A DNA stretch of 248,000 bases. Origin: Hyalangium minutum. GTDB lineage: Bacteria > Myxococcota > Myxococcia > Myxococcales > Myxococcaceae. Shown one piece after another: positions 61,200 to 73,535 of this stretch. The stretch covers positions 20,001 through 268,000 of the forward strand of contig NZ_JMCB01000005.1 of assembly GCF_000737315.1 (NCBI RefSeq), read 5' to 3'. Every line of letters begins with the position of its first letter. Positions within the stretch are counted from its first letter, which is position 1. The notes under the pieces are model-generated. The model saw only the letters and a list, made by a program, of their open reading frames with translations, was not told the origin of the DNA and searched no databases. Both the position numbers and the translations under genes were made by a program.

Positions 61200-62012
61200 T
61201 TACTTGCTCTGGCGCACCATCTTCAGCGTGGCCTTCGTCTTGGAGGCTCCCTCCGCGCCACACTCGTACTTGAGCATGTCGTACTGGGCCTGCTTCTCGG
61301 ACGCGTCGCCCTTGCCGCTGCCGGCCAGGATGTCGATGACCTGCGGATCGCAGTCGCCGTCGTTGCCGCCGCCGAAGCGGTGCTGGCCCTCGTACTCGTT
61401 GACCTTGCGGGTGAGCAGGTCATTGCCGGAGGGGAAGCCCTCGTTGGATTGCATCACCACCTGGAAGCCCCACTGGCTGGGGTCACCCTTGAGGGACTCG
61501 GCGTCCACGCTGCCGGTGATCTTCTTGCCGGAGCCCTTGGTGCGCTCGGGGACGATGATGTCGTCCTTCAGGCCTGCGGCCTTGGTCTCCACCTCTTTGC
61601 GCACGCGCGCGGGCGCCTGCGGCGAGAGGATGACGAGCTTGTCCCAGGCCGAGTCCGGGGCGAACTGGACGTTGAGGCCCGGAGGAGCGTCCGTGTGGCC
61701 GCTGCCCTCCTTACCGTCCGTGTCGATGAAGACGAAGACCATCTGCGTGGCGAACCCGTTGCCCATCTTCCACGGGTCCTCCAGGTTGGTGCCCAGCGTC
61801 ACCTGGAAGTCCACCTTGTTGCCCTTCTTCTCGGCGGTGAACTCGGTGATGTCGAACGAGGCCTTCTTGTAGACGGTGTCCGTCGGGTACTTGTAGGTGC
61901 CCGGGCCGTTGTCGTCTCCAGACGGATCCTTGAAGGTGACCTTGCCGTCGGCGAAGGCGGGGAGGCTGAGCAGCGAGGCAGCGAGGGTGAGGGTTGCGAC
62001 ACGGGTCTTCAT
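61200..62012 (-). CDS. glucodextranase DOMON-like protein
   Basis: DPSGDDNGPGTYKYPTD. Confidence 0.75.
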   Translation of the reverse strand: MKTRVATLTLAASLLSLPAFADGKVTFKDPSGDDNGPGTYKYPTDTVYKKASFDITEFTAEKKGNKVDFQVTLGTNLEDPWKMGNGFATQMVFVFIDTDGKEGSGHTDAPPGLNVQFAPDSAWDKLVILSPQAPARVRKEVETKAAGLKDDIIVPERTKGSGKKITGSVDAESLKGDPSQWGFQVVMQSNEGFPSGNDLLTRKVNEYEGQHRFGGGNDGDCDPQVIDILAGSGKGDASEKQAQYDMLKYECGAEGASKTKATLKMVRQSK

Positions 62013-62037
62013 TGACGGCTCTCCTTGGGAAACAACA

Positions 62038-62916
62038 TCAACCTTTCACGCTTCCAGCCGTGAGGCCGGACACGAGGTACTTCTGGAGGAACAGGAACAG
62101 AAACACCACGGGGATGGAGACGATGATGGAGCCTGCGGCGAAGTAGCCCCACTGCTGGGAGAACCCACCGACGAAGAAGCGGAGCCCGACCGGCGCCGTG
62201 TACATGGCCTCTTGGTCCATGAAGGTAGCCGCCAAGATGAACTCATTCCAAGAGGTCATGAAAGAAAACAGCGCTGTCACGGCCACGGCGGGCTTAGCCA
62301 GGGGAAGGATGATGCTCCAGAAAATCTTGCCTACCGAGGCGCCCTCCATGAGCGCCGCCTCCTCCAGGTCCTTCGGAATGGTGTCGAAGTAGCCCTTGAG
62401 CATCCACACGCTGAAAGGGATGGAGGTGGTGGCGTAGACGATGATGAGGCCCAGCCGCGAGCTGCCCAGACCCAGCCACTGCACCAGGATGATGAACAGG
62501 GGGATGAGCATCAGGGTGCCCGGGAACATCTGAGACACCAGGAAGGCCATCATGCCCGCGCGCTGGCCGGGGAACTTGAAGCGGCTGAAGGCGTAGGCGG
62601 CGGTGCAGGCCAGGAAGACGCCCACCACGGTGGTGCCCACGGCGATGATGGCGCTGTTGAGCATCCACTGGGCGAACGGCTGCTCCGTCATCACCGAGCT
62701 GAAGTTGGAGAAGGACCACTGCTCCGGCCACGGGGTGATGGCGCGCAGCCGGTCAGTGAACGTGGGCTCCGGCGGCAGCGTGGCGATGGCCAGGTTCTGC
62801 CGCCCGGAGAAGGCGATCGTGACGACCCAGAGGATGGGGTAGATGGTGAAGAGGGTGAAGAGCACCAGCAGCACATGCAACGGCAGGTGCGGGACCCCTT
62901 CGCGACGCGTGGCCAT
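62038..62916 (-). CDS. malG: maltodextrin ABC permease
   Basis: EEAALMEGAS EAA loop. Confidence 0.85.
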   Translation of the reverse strand: MATRREGVPHLPLHVLLVLFTLFTIYPILWVVTIAFSGRQNLAIATLPPEPTFTDRLRAITPWPEQWSFSNFSSVMTEQPFAQWMLNSAIIAVGTTVVGVFLACTAAYAFSRFKFPGQRAGMMAFLVSQMFPGTLMLIPLFIILVQWLGLGSSRLGLIIVYATTSIPFSVWMLKGYFDTIPKDLEEAALMEGASVGKIFWSIILPLAKPAVAVTALFSFMTSWNEFILAATFMDQEAMYTAPVGLRFFVGGFSQQWGYFAAGSIIVSIPVVFLFLFLQKYLVSGLTAGSVKG

Positions 62917-64991
62917 TACGCTGCCTCCGTGGCGCGTGAGAGACGGTTCTGCACCACGCTGTAGAGCAGCAGGATGCCGAAGATGACGGTGGAGTACGCC
63001 GCCGCGTAGCCGTAGCGGTAGCGCTGGAAGGCGTACTTGTACGCCTGCGTGACGAGGATCTCCGTGGAGTTGCCCGGCTCACCCTCCGTCACCAGGAAGA
63101 TGATGTTGAACATGTTGAAGGTCCACACCACCGACAGGATGACTGCGGGCACCAGCGCGGGCTTGAGCGAGGGCAGGGTGATGGCGACGAACTGCTGCCA
63201 GCGGCTGGCTCCGTCCACGCGCGCAGCCTCGTAAAGCTCCATGGGGATGGACTGCAGGGCGCCCAGCGACACCACCATCATGAAGGGGAACGAGAGCCAG
63301 CCGTTGGTGGCCAGCGCCGTCAGGTAGGAGGTGAAGGGGGACTCGAACCAGGACAGGCCCTGGCCGCCGAACATGCGGATGACGTGGTTCACCACGCCGA
63401 ACTGCTGGTGGAACATGCCCTTCCAGATGAGCGCGGTGATGTAGTTGGGCATGGCCCACGGCAGGATGAGCAGCACGCGGTAGATGGGGCGCAGCGCCAG
63501 GTTGGGGGTGTTGAGGATGAGCGCCAGCACCAGCCCCACCGAGACGCCGATCGCCACATTGGTGATGGTCCACACCACCGTGAAGAAGAGCGTCCAGTAG
63601 AAGTTCAGGTAGTTGAAGACCCAGGTGCCGTTGTCCCCCTGCCGGGCGATGTTGAAGTCCCCGAGGATCTCCACGTAGTTGCGCAGGCCGATCCAGATCT
63701 CCGTCAGCGGCTGGTTGGTGTTGTAGAGGTTGGCGTCCGTGAAGGAGAGGGTGATGCCGTAGATGAAGGGGAAGAAGACGAGCACCACCATGCCCACCAT
63801 GGCCGGCGCGATGTACGCGTAGGCCTCGCGGTGCTCCACCATCGTGGACACCGTGCGGTGCAGCCCGCCCAGGCCGATGAAGGCCAGCAGCGCCAGCCCC
63901 AGCAGCCCCAGCAGCGCCGAGGCCCGTGAGGCTTGGCTCTGCAGCGTCTCCACGCGCTGGGTGACCACGGCCTCGTTCACCGTGCCCTGCGCGTCCAGCA
64001 GGCCCAGCGGCTTGCGGTAGACGTCCGTGTCCCAGGTGCCCGGCGCGAGCGCCGGCTCGGTGGTGAGGTTCTGCGCGGTGATGGCCGCCTTGCCGCGCTC
64101 GGCGATGGCGCGCAGGTGCTCCGCCACCGCGCCCTGTGAGCCACGCACCCCGTCCTCCAGGGCGCGCATGGAGTACTGGGTGTAGCCGCCCAGGCCCGCC
64201 ATGAAGAGCACCGCCGCTGCAGCCACCAACTGCCACTGCCGCTGCAGCTTCACGAAGGAGACGCCCAGCAGCACCAGCAGCGGCAGGAAGAAGGCCAGCA
64301 GCACCGGCGCCAGCCCGGGACGCTCCGCCTTGGGGAGCGGCTGGGTGGCCAGATCCACCATGCCCACCACCCCTCCATCCGCCTCGACCGGCGCGGAGAA
64401 GAGCCGGCCGCCCGTGGGCAACAGCTCGATCTCGATCTCCGGCTTGCGGGCGCTGCCCTCTTCGCGGTTGGTCTCCACCGCGGCGCGCAGGCGCTGCCCA
64501 CGGTCGTAGATGACCTTCTCCTCGCGCGCGAGCCGCCGAGGCGCCGCCTTGTCGCCTTGGTCCTCCGGGAAGGTGGAGGACTCCAGCTTGACGCCGGAGA
64601 AGGCGATCACGCGCACGTGGCTGCCCGCGGGCAGCTGCTCCTTGGCCGCGTCCACCACGGCGCGCACCCCATCTCCGCTGCCGCCCGCGCGGCGCACGAG
64701 GTCCGCCAGGGCGTTCAGGGAGATGAGGGTGCGGCGCTGCTCGCGCTCGATGGCGGCGTCTTCACGCGCCTGGGCGAGCAGGGCGTAAGCCAGCGCCAGC
64801 CCCACGCCGAGCGCAAGGGCCAGCCCCACCAGCACGCGGGGCCGCCGCACGCTGGGGGGATTCGTCTGAGGAGGAATCACGGAGGAGCCTGCTGCAGGGG
64901 GAGAGACCTGGACACCGGAGGGACCGGGCCCAGGAGCGGCGGCGCCAGGGGAGGCGCCGCCCGAGGAAGGCGGGGGTACGGCGCTGCTCAC
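62916..64991 (-). CDS. malF: maltodextrin ABC permease with N-terminal extension
   Basis: YEAARVDGAS; PWAMPNYI. Confidence 0.8.
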   Translation of the reverse strand: MSSAVPPPSSGGASPGAAAPGPGPSGVQVSPPAAGSSVIPPQTNPPSVRRPRVLVGLALALGVGLALAYALLAQAREDAAIEREQRRTLISLNALADLVRRAGGSGDGVRAVVDAAKEQLPAGSHVRVIAFSGVKLESSTFPEDQGDKAAPRRLAREEKVIYDRGQRLRAAVETNREEGSARKPEIEIELLPTGGRLFSAPVEADGGVVGMVDLATQPLPKAERPGLAPVLLAFFLPLLVLLGVSFVKLQRQWQLVAAAAVLFMAGLGGYTQYSMRALEDGVRGSQGAVAEHLRAIAERGKAAITAQNLTTEPALAPGTWDTDVYRKPLGLLDAQGTVNEAVVTQRVETLQSQASRASALLGLLGLALLAFIGLGGLHRTVSTMVEHREAYAYIAPAMVGMVVLVFFPFIYGITLSFTDANLYNTNQPLTEIWIGLRNYVEILGDFNIARQGDNGTWVFNYLNFYWTLFFTVVWTITNVAIGVSVGLVLALILNTPNLALRPIYRVLLILPWAMPNYITALIWKGMFHQQFGVVNHVIRMFGGQGLSWFESPFTSYLTALATNGWLSFPFMMVVSLGALQSIPMELYEAARVDGASRWQQFVAITLPSLKPALVPAVILSVVWTFNMFNIIFLVTEGEPGNSTEILVTQAYKYAFQRYRYGYAAAYSTVIFGILLLYSVVQNRLSRATEAA

Positions 64992-66214
64992 TTCTTCCGC
65001 AGCCCCGCGACGTCCTTGGCCACCTGCTGCTGCGCCTTGTCGAGCGCGGCCTTCGGCGAAGAGGTCTTCTTCAGGATGGCGTTCATCGCCGTGGTGGCCG
65101 GCGACCAGACCATGGTCATCTCCGGCACGTTCGGCATGGGCACCGCCACGTTCACCTGATCACGGAACGCCTTGAGCTGCGGATCCTTGGACACGTCGGC
65201 GTCGTTGTAGACCTCGGTGTTCGCGGGACTCTGGCGGCCCTCGAGCGCCAGCACCTTGGCGGAGGTCGTCAGGGTGAGGAACTTGGCGAACTCGAAAGCG
65301 GCCTCCTTGTTCTTCGAGGGAGCCGTCACGTACACGCCCTCCACCGTCATCCACGGGCGCATCGGCTTGCCGCCCGCCTCGTCAATCGTGGGCAGGGTGG
65401 TGATGCCGTAGTCGATGCCCTTGGCGATCTCGCCCAGGAACCACGGACCGGAGAACACGATGCCCGCCTTGCCGTCGTTGAAGAGCGAGGTGATGAGCGC
65501 CGTAGAGGGCTCCGCGGGGAGGATGCCGTCCTTGTCGATCCACTTGAGCAGGTAGTCGATGGACTGCACGTTCTCCTTGGAGTTCATCGTGGGGTTGAAC
65601 TTGGCGTCGAACACGCCGCCGCCGAAGCCGTTCATCAGCGCCGCGTGGTAGTAGAAGTCGCCGTACGAGTACGCCAGCCCGAAGCGCCCGGCCTTCTTGT
65701 CCGTGAGCTTCTTGGCCAGGGCGACCAGCTCGCCGGTGGTCTTCGGCGGGGTGGGGACGAGCTTCTTGTTATAGATGAGCGCGATGTTCTTGTAGTTCAG
65801 CGGCAGCCCGTACACAGTGCCCCGGTACGTCATCGCCTGCATCGTGGTGGGGATGAAGCGCTGCTTGAGCGCGTCATCCAGGAAGAAGTCGATGGGCTCG
65901 ATGGTGTTGCCGGCCTCGATCCAGCCGCCCAGACGGTCCTGCGCGAAGATGAAGAGGTCCGGACCTTTGCCGCGCGGCACGGTGGCGGTGATCTTGTCCG
66001 CGAAGGCGTCATACGGCACGGCCAGCGTGGTGACCTTGAACTTGCCGGCGTTGGCCTTGTTGTACTCGGCCACCACCTTCTCCAGCGCGGACTTCTCCTC
66101 GGCACGGTAGGAGTGCCACAGGACGATCTCCGTCTCGGCGGCGGCGGCGGTCAGGGGCAGCAGACCGAGCACACTGAGGCACACGGCCGCGATCAGCAGT
66201 CGCAGGTTCTTCAT
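64988..66214 (-). CDS. malE: maltodextrin-binding protein
   Basis: PDLFIFAQDRLG; MPNVPEM. Confidence 0.85.
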   Translation of the reverse strand: MKNLRLLIAAVCLSVLGLLPLTAAAAETEIVLWHSYRAEEKSALEKVVAEYNKANAGKFKVTTLAVPYDAFADKITATVPRGKGPDLFIFAQDRLGGWIEAGNTIEPIDFFLDDALKQRFIPTTMQAMTYRGTVYGLPLNYKNIALIYNKKLVPTPPKTTGELVALAKKLTDKKAGRFGLAYSYGDFYYHAALMNGFGGGVFDAKFNPTMNSKENVQSIDYLLKWIDKDGILPAEPSTALITSLFNDGKAGIVFSGPWFLGEIAKGIDYGITTLPTIDEAGGKPMRPWMTVEGVYVTAPSKNKEAAFEFAKFLTLTTSAKVLALEGRQSPANTEVYNDADVSKDPQLKAFRDQVNVAVPMPNVPEMTMVWSPATTAMNAILKKTSSPKAALDKAQQQVAKDVAGLRKK

Positions 66215-66243
66215 GAGTGGGGCGCTCCGGGGAAGCAGGCGAA

Positions 66244-67338
<1,095 letters not shown>

Positions 67339-67365
67339 CAGATCCCTCGCCCCTGAACTTCAGGG

Positions 67366-68955
67366 TTATTGGGTTTGGATTCTTCCCAGGATGCGTGCCC
67401 CGAGCGGCTCCACCGTGAGCTCCAGGGAGGGGCCTTCCAGCCGGCCCCCGTTCAACACGTCTTCCGCCGCCGTCCTGCCCCACGCCTCGGGCCAGGGCAG
67501 CGACACCTTCGCTGGCTGCGCGCCGCGGTTGATCGCCACGATCACCGCGTCGCCCGAGCCCGCCTCGTGCCGCAGGAAGACATAGAGGTCTCCGTCGGTG
67601 GAGAGCCCCTGGTGCGTCCCCCGCGAGAGCGCCACGTGCGCGCGGCGGATGGAGGTGAGCTTCTGGTAGAGCTTGCGCAGGTCCTCGTCGCGCGGCTTGC
67701 CGGCGCCGGGCCTCACGTCGCGCGAGCCCCACGGCATGTCGCTGCGGTTCGCGGGCCAGTCGCCGCCGGGGCGGGCGACCTCCTCGCCGTAATAGAGGGT
67801 GGGGATGCCGGAGGTGGTGAGCTGCAGCACCACCGCGAGGCGGAAGCGCTTCACGTCGCCCTCGAGCTGGTGCAGTGCGCCCGTCACGTCATGCGAGGAC
67901 AGGAAGTGGGCCAGCAGGTAGCCGGGGCGCACCTTGGCGCGTGACTTGAGGTACTTGTCGAAGGCGATGGTGCGGCCGCGGCCCTGCACGAAGGCGAGCG
68001 TGCTGCCCTGGAAGCCGAAGTCGAAGCCGGCGTCCATCTCGTCCCCGGCGAACCACGGGTCCAGCGACTCCGCGTCGCCACCCCATACCTCGCCCAGCAG
68101 GAAGAAGTCCTTGCTCACCTCTTCGCGCAGGCGGCGGCGGTGCTCCTTCCAGAAGGGGTGATCCACGTGCTTCACCGTGTCCAGCCGGAAGCCGTCCACC
68201 CCGGAGCGCTTGGCCCAGTCCAGCTGCGCGTCCAGCAGGTACTTGGCCACCTCGGGCAGCTCTGTCTTGAAGTCCGGCAGGCCGGAGACGCAGCTCGTCA
68301 CGTCGTCCTGGCCGCAGGTGCCCCGCTCCTCCGAGCGCAGCCAGTTCTTCGTCTCGGGCTTCGTGACGTAGTGCGAGTTGTAGCCCGGGTGGTTGTAGAC
68401 CACGTCCAGCAGCACGCGGATGCCCCGGCGGTGCGCGTCGTCCACCAGCGCGCGCAGGTCTTCCTCGGTGCCGATGCGCGGATCCAGCTGGTGGAAGTCA
68501 TCCGCCCAGTAGCCGTGGTAGCCCCAGTCCGGGAAGCCCGCGCCGGTGACGAAGCTGTCGATGTTCTTCACCACCGGAGTGATCCACAGCGCTGTCACGC
68601 CCAGCGAGCTCAGCTCGTCCAGCTGCTGGCGCAGGCCCTTCAGGTCTCCACCGTGGAAGGCGCCTTGCGCGGCCACGTCCACCGCCGTGTTGTTGGCGGC
68701 ATCTCCGTCGGCGAAGCGATCGACGACGACGAAGTAGAGGATCTCGTCCGCCCAGGGGCGCGGTGCCACTTTGGGCGCGGCGGGCGGAGCGGGGGGCTGC
68801 GGGGCGGCTGCGGTGGGGGGGCTCGCGGGGGTGGGCCCAGCCTCGGGCTGTGGAGCAGTGTGTGCGCAACTCAGCAGGTGAAGCGCGAAAAGCAGCGGCA
68901 CCGTTGCATGACGCAAGCGCACAAGAGCTTGGCTGCGGGGCTGGGGGTCCTGCAT
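67366..68955 (-). CDS. GH13 alpha-amylase family lipoprotein
   Basis: YHGYW, GFRLDTVKH, SSHD. Confidence 0.88.
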   Translation of the reverse strand: MQDPQPRSQALVRLRHATVPLLFALHLLSCAHTAPQPEAGPTPASPPTAAAPQPPAPPAAPKVAPRPWADEILYFVVVDRFADGDAANNTAVDVAAQGAFHGGDLKGLRQQLDELSSLGVTALWITPVVKNIDSFVTGAGFPDWGYHGYWADDFHQLDPRIGTEEDLRALVDDAHRRGIRVLLDVVYNHPGYNSHYVTKPETKNWLRSEERGTCGQDDVTSCVSGLPDFKTELPEVAKYLLDAQLDWAKRSGVDGFRLDTVKHVDHPFWKEHRRRLREEVSKDFFLLGEVWGGDAESLDPWFAGDEMDAGFDFGFQGSTLAFVQGRGRTIAFDKYLKSRAKVRPGYLLAHFLSSHDVTGALHQLEGDVKRFRLAVVLQLTTSGIPTLYYGEEVARPGGDWPANRSDMPWGSRDVRPGAGKPRDEDLRKLYQKLTSIRRAHVALSRGTHQGLSTDGDLYVFLRHEAGSGDAVIVAINRGAQPAKVSLPWPEAWGRTAAEDVLNGGRLEGPSLELTVEPLGARILGRIQTQ

Positions 68956-69158
68956 CGCGGCGCGACTGTTTCACAGAATGCTGGAGAGGTGAACTGTCTG
69001 TCGCCCCCCCCAGCAGACCTCTTTGGTCACGTTCCCCAGCGCGTTCGGAATGATGCGCCGCGTCGATATTTCCGAGTGAAACGGCGCTACCACCCAGAGT
69101 CTGACGCGGTGCGTATCGGGCAGAGGTGACTTCGTCCGTGGGCCAGAAAGTGCCTACC

Positions 69159-69596
69159 TCATGGGTTTTGGCGGTAGGGCGAGGGCTCCTCGGGCCAGGC
69201 GTTCGGCTGGCACTGGGTCTGGTCGTTGTCGATGACGACCTCGCGCGCGATGCGCTCCTGGTTGTTGTAGTCGAACGAGGTGCGCACCTGGGCGCCCGGC
69301 GCCAGGTACTCGCGGGCCACGAGGTCTCCGTTGCGATCCTTGTACATCGTCTGCTCGTCGACGCGCATGGAGCGCTCGAAGCCCTTGTCATCGCGGACGA
69401 TCAGCGTGTCGCGGTAGTCGGCCACTACAGTGCCTCGGATGAGCGGGCCGGTGTCACCCCGGGCGATGTCCGGGTTTTGGGCCACGCGCGTGGGCGGAGA
69501 GGCCTCCGAGGAGTAGCCCCCCACGGTTGTGCCCGTCGCGCACCCCCACAAGCACGCCGCTCCCAACGCCGCCGCTCCCATGATCCAGGTCTTCAT
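69159..69596 (-). CDS. hypothetical lipoprotein
   Basis: LWGC lipobox. Confidence 0.55.
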   Translation of the reverse strand: MKTWIMGAAALGAACLWGCATGTTVGGYSSEASPPTRVAQNPDIARGDTGPLIRGTVVADYRDTLIVRDDKGFERSMRVDEQTMYKDRNGDLVAREYLAPGAQVRTSFDYNNQERIAREVVIDNDQTQCQPNAWPEEPSPYRQNP

Positions 69597-69885
69597 GCGT
69601 GGTCACCCCCGTTCGGCGGAACGCTCCGCCCATCCACGGGCAGGGTGGCGACGCCACTCGGCACCTCGCAAGCCCGGCTCCGCTCCCTGAGGGGCAGGCG
69701 AGCGCAATCCCAGGGTTTCCCAGGTTCTGCTGGCAATCCGCACTGTCTGCTCCCTTACGAGGAGGGCACAGCGGGAGCCAGTCTGGACGCTTGCTCACCC
69801 AGCCCTGCTAGTCTGCGCACGCTTCGCGCCGGGCCAGGCCTCTTGCTTCTTCGTCGCGAGTCACACGTGCCAGCGCTCATCGCTG

Positions 69886-72800
69886 GTGCCGTTCTTCAAC
69901 CCTTGGAGGTGTGTCCTGAGAGTTCCATTTCGTTTCCCGTTACGGGTGCGCCCGCTGGCGCTGAGCGCGCTGCTGGCCACCGCCGCTGCTCCGCTGACCG
70001 CCGTGGCAGCTCCCAACTCCGTGACCGTCATCGGTGACTTCCAGAGCCAAGCCGGATGTACGGCCAACAATGATCCCACGTGTGCCGCGACCCAGCTCAC
70101 GCTCGAGCAGGCCGACGGCGTATGGCAGGGCAGCTTCGCGGTCCCGGCTGGTACCTGGCACTACAAGGTCGCCCTCGACGGCGCGCTGACGGAGACGTAC
70201 CCCTCGGCGGAGCTGACGCTCACGAAGGCCGCCGCCGGGACGGTGAAGTTCTACTATGACCCCAACACCCACTACGTCCGCGACAACGTGGCGACGATCG
70301 CAGTGGCTCCTGGCAACTTCCAAGGAGAGCTGGGCTGTCCCCTGCTGCCTCCCGACAACAATGGCGACTGGCAGCCGGACTGCCTCAAGTCCTGGCTCCA
70401 GGACCCAGATGGGGACGGCACCTTCACGCTGACGACCACGGCCATTCCGCCCGGCTCGTATGAGGGCAAGGTGGCCATCAACGAGAGCTGGGACGAGAAC
70501 TATGGCCAGAATGGCGTCCGAAACGGTCCCAACATCGGATTCACCGTGACCCAGGCCGGCGAGGAGGTGGTGTTCTCCTGGAACTCCACGAGCAAGAAGG
70601 CAACGATTCGCCCGGCGAACGCGGCATCAGGTGACATCCTCCTGGCGCGGGCGCACTGGGTGGCTCCGGACACGCTGGCGTGGAGCCCGCAGGCCGAGAC
70701 GATCCCCACGGACGCGGTCTTCCGGCTGCACTCCGAGCCGGAGGGTGCCATGCGCCTGACGGACACGGGCATCCAGGGTGGTACCGCCATCATGCTCACG
70801 CAGGACACGGCGGGCCTGAGCGACGCGCTCAAGGCGCGCTTCCCGCACCTGGCCACGGCCCTGGCGCTGAAGATCCCCTCAGGGGAGCAGTCCAAGGTGG
70901 CGGCGCTCCTCAAGGGGCAGCTTGTCGTGTCGGTCAGCTCGAGCGCGGGCAAGGTGCTGGATGCCACCTCTGTGCAGCTCGCGGGCGCGCTCGACGCGCT
71001 TTACACGTACACGGGGACGCTGGGGCCGACGTTTGACGCGGGGGTGCCTACGCTGCGCGTCTGGGCTCCCACGGCGCGCAAGGTGTCGCTGCTGATCTTC
71101 GACTCGTCCACCGCAGCGGATCCGTCCGAGACGATCGCGATGGAGGCGGGAGACAAAGGCGTGTGGTCCGCCACCGGCACCGCCGCGTGGACGGGCAAGT
71201 ACTACCTCTATGAGGTGGAGGTCTACGTCCGCAAGGAGCAGGCGGTGAAGGTCAACCGCGTCACGGATCCGTACTCGGTGAGCCTCTCCACCAACAGCGC
71301 GCGCAGCCAGATCATCGACCTGAATGCCGCGGCCCTGGCCCCCACGGACTGGAGCGCGCTGGAGAAGCCCACGCTGGCGGCCCCCGAGGACATCGTCCTG
71401 TACGAGCTGCACGTGCGCGACTTCAGCATCAACGACGGCACCGTTCCGGAGGCGGACCGGGGCACCTTCAAGGCGTTCACCCACGACTCCAACGGCACCA
71501 AGCACCTGAAGAAGCTGGCCGACGCGGGCGTGACGCACGTGCACCTGCTGCCGGTGTTCGACATCGCCACCATCAACGAGAACCGCGCCGAGCAGGCCCT
71601 GCCGGCCGGAGACCTGGCGTCGATGCCGCCGGACTCGGAGCAGCAGCAGGCCGCGGTGGCCGCGGTGAAGGACGCGGACGGCTTCAACTGGGGCTATGAC
71701 CCGTATCACTACACCGTTCCCGAGGGCAGCTACTCGACCCACCCGGACGGCACCACCCGCATCCTCGAGTTCCGCGAGATGGTGCAGGCCGTCAACCAGC
71801 GCGGCCTGCGCGTGGTGATGGACGTGGTCTACAACCACACCAACTCGGCCGGGCAGGACTCGAAGTCGGTGCTGGATCGGATCGTCCCCGGCTACTACCA
71901 CCGGCTCAACGGCGACGGGAACGTGGAGACCTCCACGTGCTGCCAGAACACCGCCACCGAGAACGCCATGATGGAGAAGCTCATGGTGGACTCGCTGGTG
72001 ACCTGGGCCAAGCAGTACAAGGTGGACGGCTTCCGCTTCGACCTGATGGGCCACCACATGAAGTCCAACATGCTCAAGGTGCGCGCGGCGCTGGATTCGC
72101 TCACCGTGGCCAGGGACGGCGTGGACGGCAAGGCCATCTACGTCTACGGCGAGGGCTGGAACTTCGGCGAGGTGGCCAACAACGCCCGCGGCGTGAACGC
72201 CACGCAGCTCAACATGCCCGGCACGGGCATTGGCACCTTCAGCGATCGGCTCCGCGATGCGGCGCGCGGCGGTGGCCCGTTCAGCGGGCTGCAGGAGCAG
72301 GGCTTCATCAGCGGCCTCTTCTATGAACCGAACAGCACCCACCAGGGCACGGCGGACCAGCAGAAGACGCTGCTGCTGCAGCACATGGACCGCATCCGCG
72401 TGGGGCTGGCGGGCAACCTCCGGGACTACACGTTCACCGACGTGCAGGGCGCCAAGGTGAAGGGCTCGGATGTGAAGTACGGCGGTGACCCCGCGGGCTA
72501 CACGCTGGATCCGCAGGAGGTCATCACCTACGTGTCCGCCCACGACAACGAGACGTTGTTCGACGCGGTGCAGATGAAGGCCCCGCGCAACGCGAGCATG
72601 GAAGTGCGGGTGCGCATGCACAACATGGGCATCAGCCTGGTGGCGCTGGGCCAGGGCATCCCGTTCTTCCACGCGGGCGACGAGATCCTCCGCTCCAAGT
72701 CGCTGGACCGCAACAGCTTCAACTCGGGCGACTGGTTCAACAAGATCGACTGGACCTACCAGTCCAACAACTGGGGCGTGGGCCTGCCTCCGGCCGGTGA

Positions 72801-73398
72801 CAACCAGAGCAACTGGCCGGTGATGAAGGAGCTGCTCGGCGATCCGGCGCTCAAGGCGTCGCCGGCGCACATCTCCAGCGCCCTGGCTCACTTCCTGGAG
72901 GTCATCCGCATCCGCAAGAGCTCCCCGCTGTTCCGGCTCCGGACGGGCGCGGAGATCCAGCAGCAGGTGACGTTCGAGAACACCGGGCCGAACCAGATCC
73001 CCGGCCTCATCGTGATGCACATTGAGGACGACCGGTACGCGCTGGCAGGAGCAACCACCGACGCGGTGGTGCTCTTCAACGCGAGCGATGAGCAGCAGCG
73101 CTTCGCGTCGGACACCTTCAAGGATGTGGCGTTCGAGCTGCACCCGGTGCTCAAGGAGTCCGCTGACGCCGCAGCCCGTACGTCCTCGTTCGAGGCCAGC
73201 TCCGGCACGTTCACCGTGCCGGCGCGCACCACGGCGGTGTTCATGGCCAAGCGGGCCGCGCCCATTCCCAAGGGCCCTGGGGACACTGGCACCGATGACA
73301 GCTGTGGCTGCTCGGGTGGCGGGAGCGCGGCGTTCAGCGCCTTCGGCCTGCTGCTCGGCCTGAGCGCGCTGCGGCGGTCGCGCCGCCGCGAGTCGTAA
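69886..73398 (+). CDS. pullulanase-type alpha-1,6-glucosidase, MYXO-CTERM
   Basis: [25 protein letters not shown]; CGC + TM + RRSRRR; start uncertain. Confidence 0.9.
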   Translation: MPFFNPWRCVLRVPFRFPLRVRPLALSALLATAAAPLTAVAAPNSVTVIGDFQSQAGCTANNDPTCAATQLTLEQADGVWQGSFAVPAGTWHYKVALDGALTETYPSAELTLTKAAAGTVKFYYDPNTHYVRDNVATIAVAPGNFQGELGCPLLPPDNNGDWQPDCLKSWLQDPDGDGTFTLTTTAIPPGSYEGKVAINESWDENYGQNGVRNGPNIGFTVTQAGEEVVFSWNSTSKKATIRPANAASGDILLARAHWVAPDTLAWSPQAETIPTDAVFRLHSEPEGAMRLTDTGIQGGTAIMLTQDTAGLSDALKARFPHLATALALKIPSGEQSKVAALLKGQLVVSVSSSAGKVLDATSVQLAGALDALYTYTGTLGPTFDAGVPTLRVWAPTARKVSLLIFDSSTAADPSETIAMEAGDKGVWSATGTAAWTGKYYLYEVEVYVRKEQAVKVNRVTDPYSVSLSTNSARSQIIDLNAAALAPTDWSALEKPTLAAPEDIVLYELHVRDFSINDGTVPEADRGTFKAFTHDSNGTKHLKKLADAGVTHVHLLPVFDIATINENRAEQALPAGDLASMPPDSEQQQAAVAAVKDADGFNWGYDPYHYTVPEGSYSTHPDGTTRILEFREMVQAVNQRGLRVVMDVVYNHTNSAGQDSKSVLDRIVPGYYHRLNGDGNVETSTCCQNTATENAMMEKLMVDSLVTWAKQYKVDGFRFDLMGHHMKSNMLKVRAALDSLTVARDGVDGKAIYVYGEGWNFGEVANNARGVNATQLNMPGTGIGTFSDRLRDAARGGGPFSGLQEQGFISGLFYEPNSTHQGTADQQKTLLLQHMDRIRVGLAGNLRDYTFTDVQGAKVKGSDVKYGGDPAGYTLDPQEVITYVSAHDNETLFDAVQMKAPRNASMEVRVRMHNMGISLVALGQGIPFFHAGDEILRSKSLDRNSFNSGDWFNKIDWTYQSNNWGVGLPPAGDNQSNWPVMKELLGDPALKASPAHISSALAHFLEVIRIRKSSPLFRLRTGAEIQQQVTFENTGPNQIPGLIVMHIEDDRYALAGATTDAVVLFNASDEQQRFASDTFKDVAFELHPVLKESADAAARTSSFEASSGTFTVPARTTAVFMAKRAAPIPKGPGDTGTDDSCGCSGGGSAAFSAFGLLLGLSALRRSRRRES

Positions 73399-73535
73399 GC
73401 TTCACCCTCGGCTGGCGCCCTGCTCGCACGCAGGGCAGGGCGCCAGTGTTGTGAGCGGCCAGGGTGGCTGGGTGGGCGGGTGAGACGCGGACGCGCTATC
73501 GTCCGGTGACTCCCCGGCCTCGAGACCTCTACCGC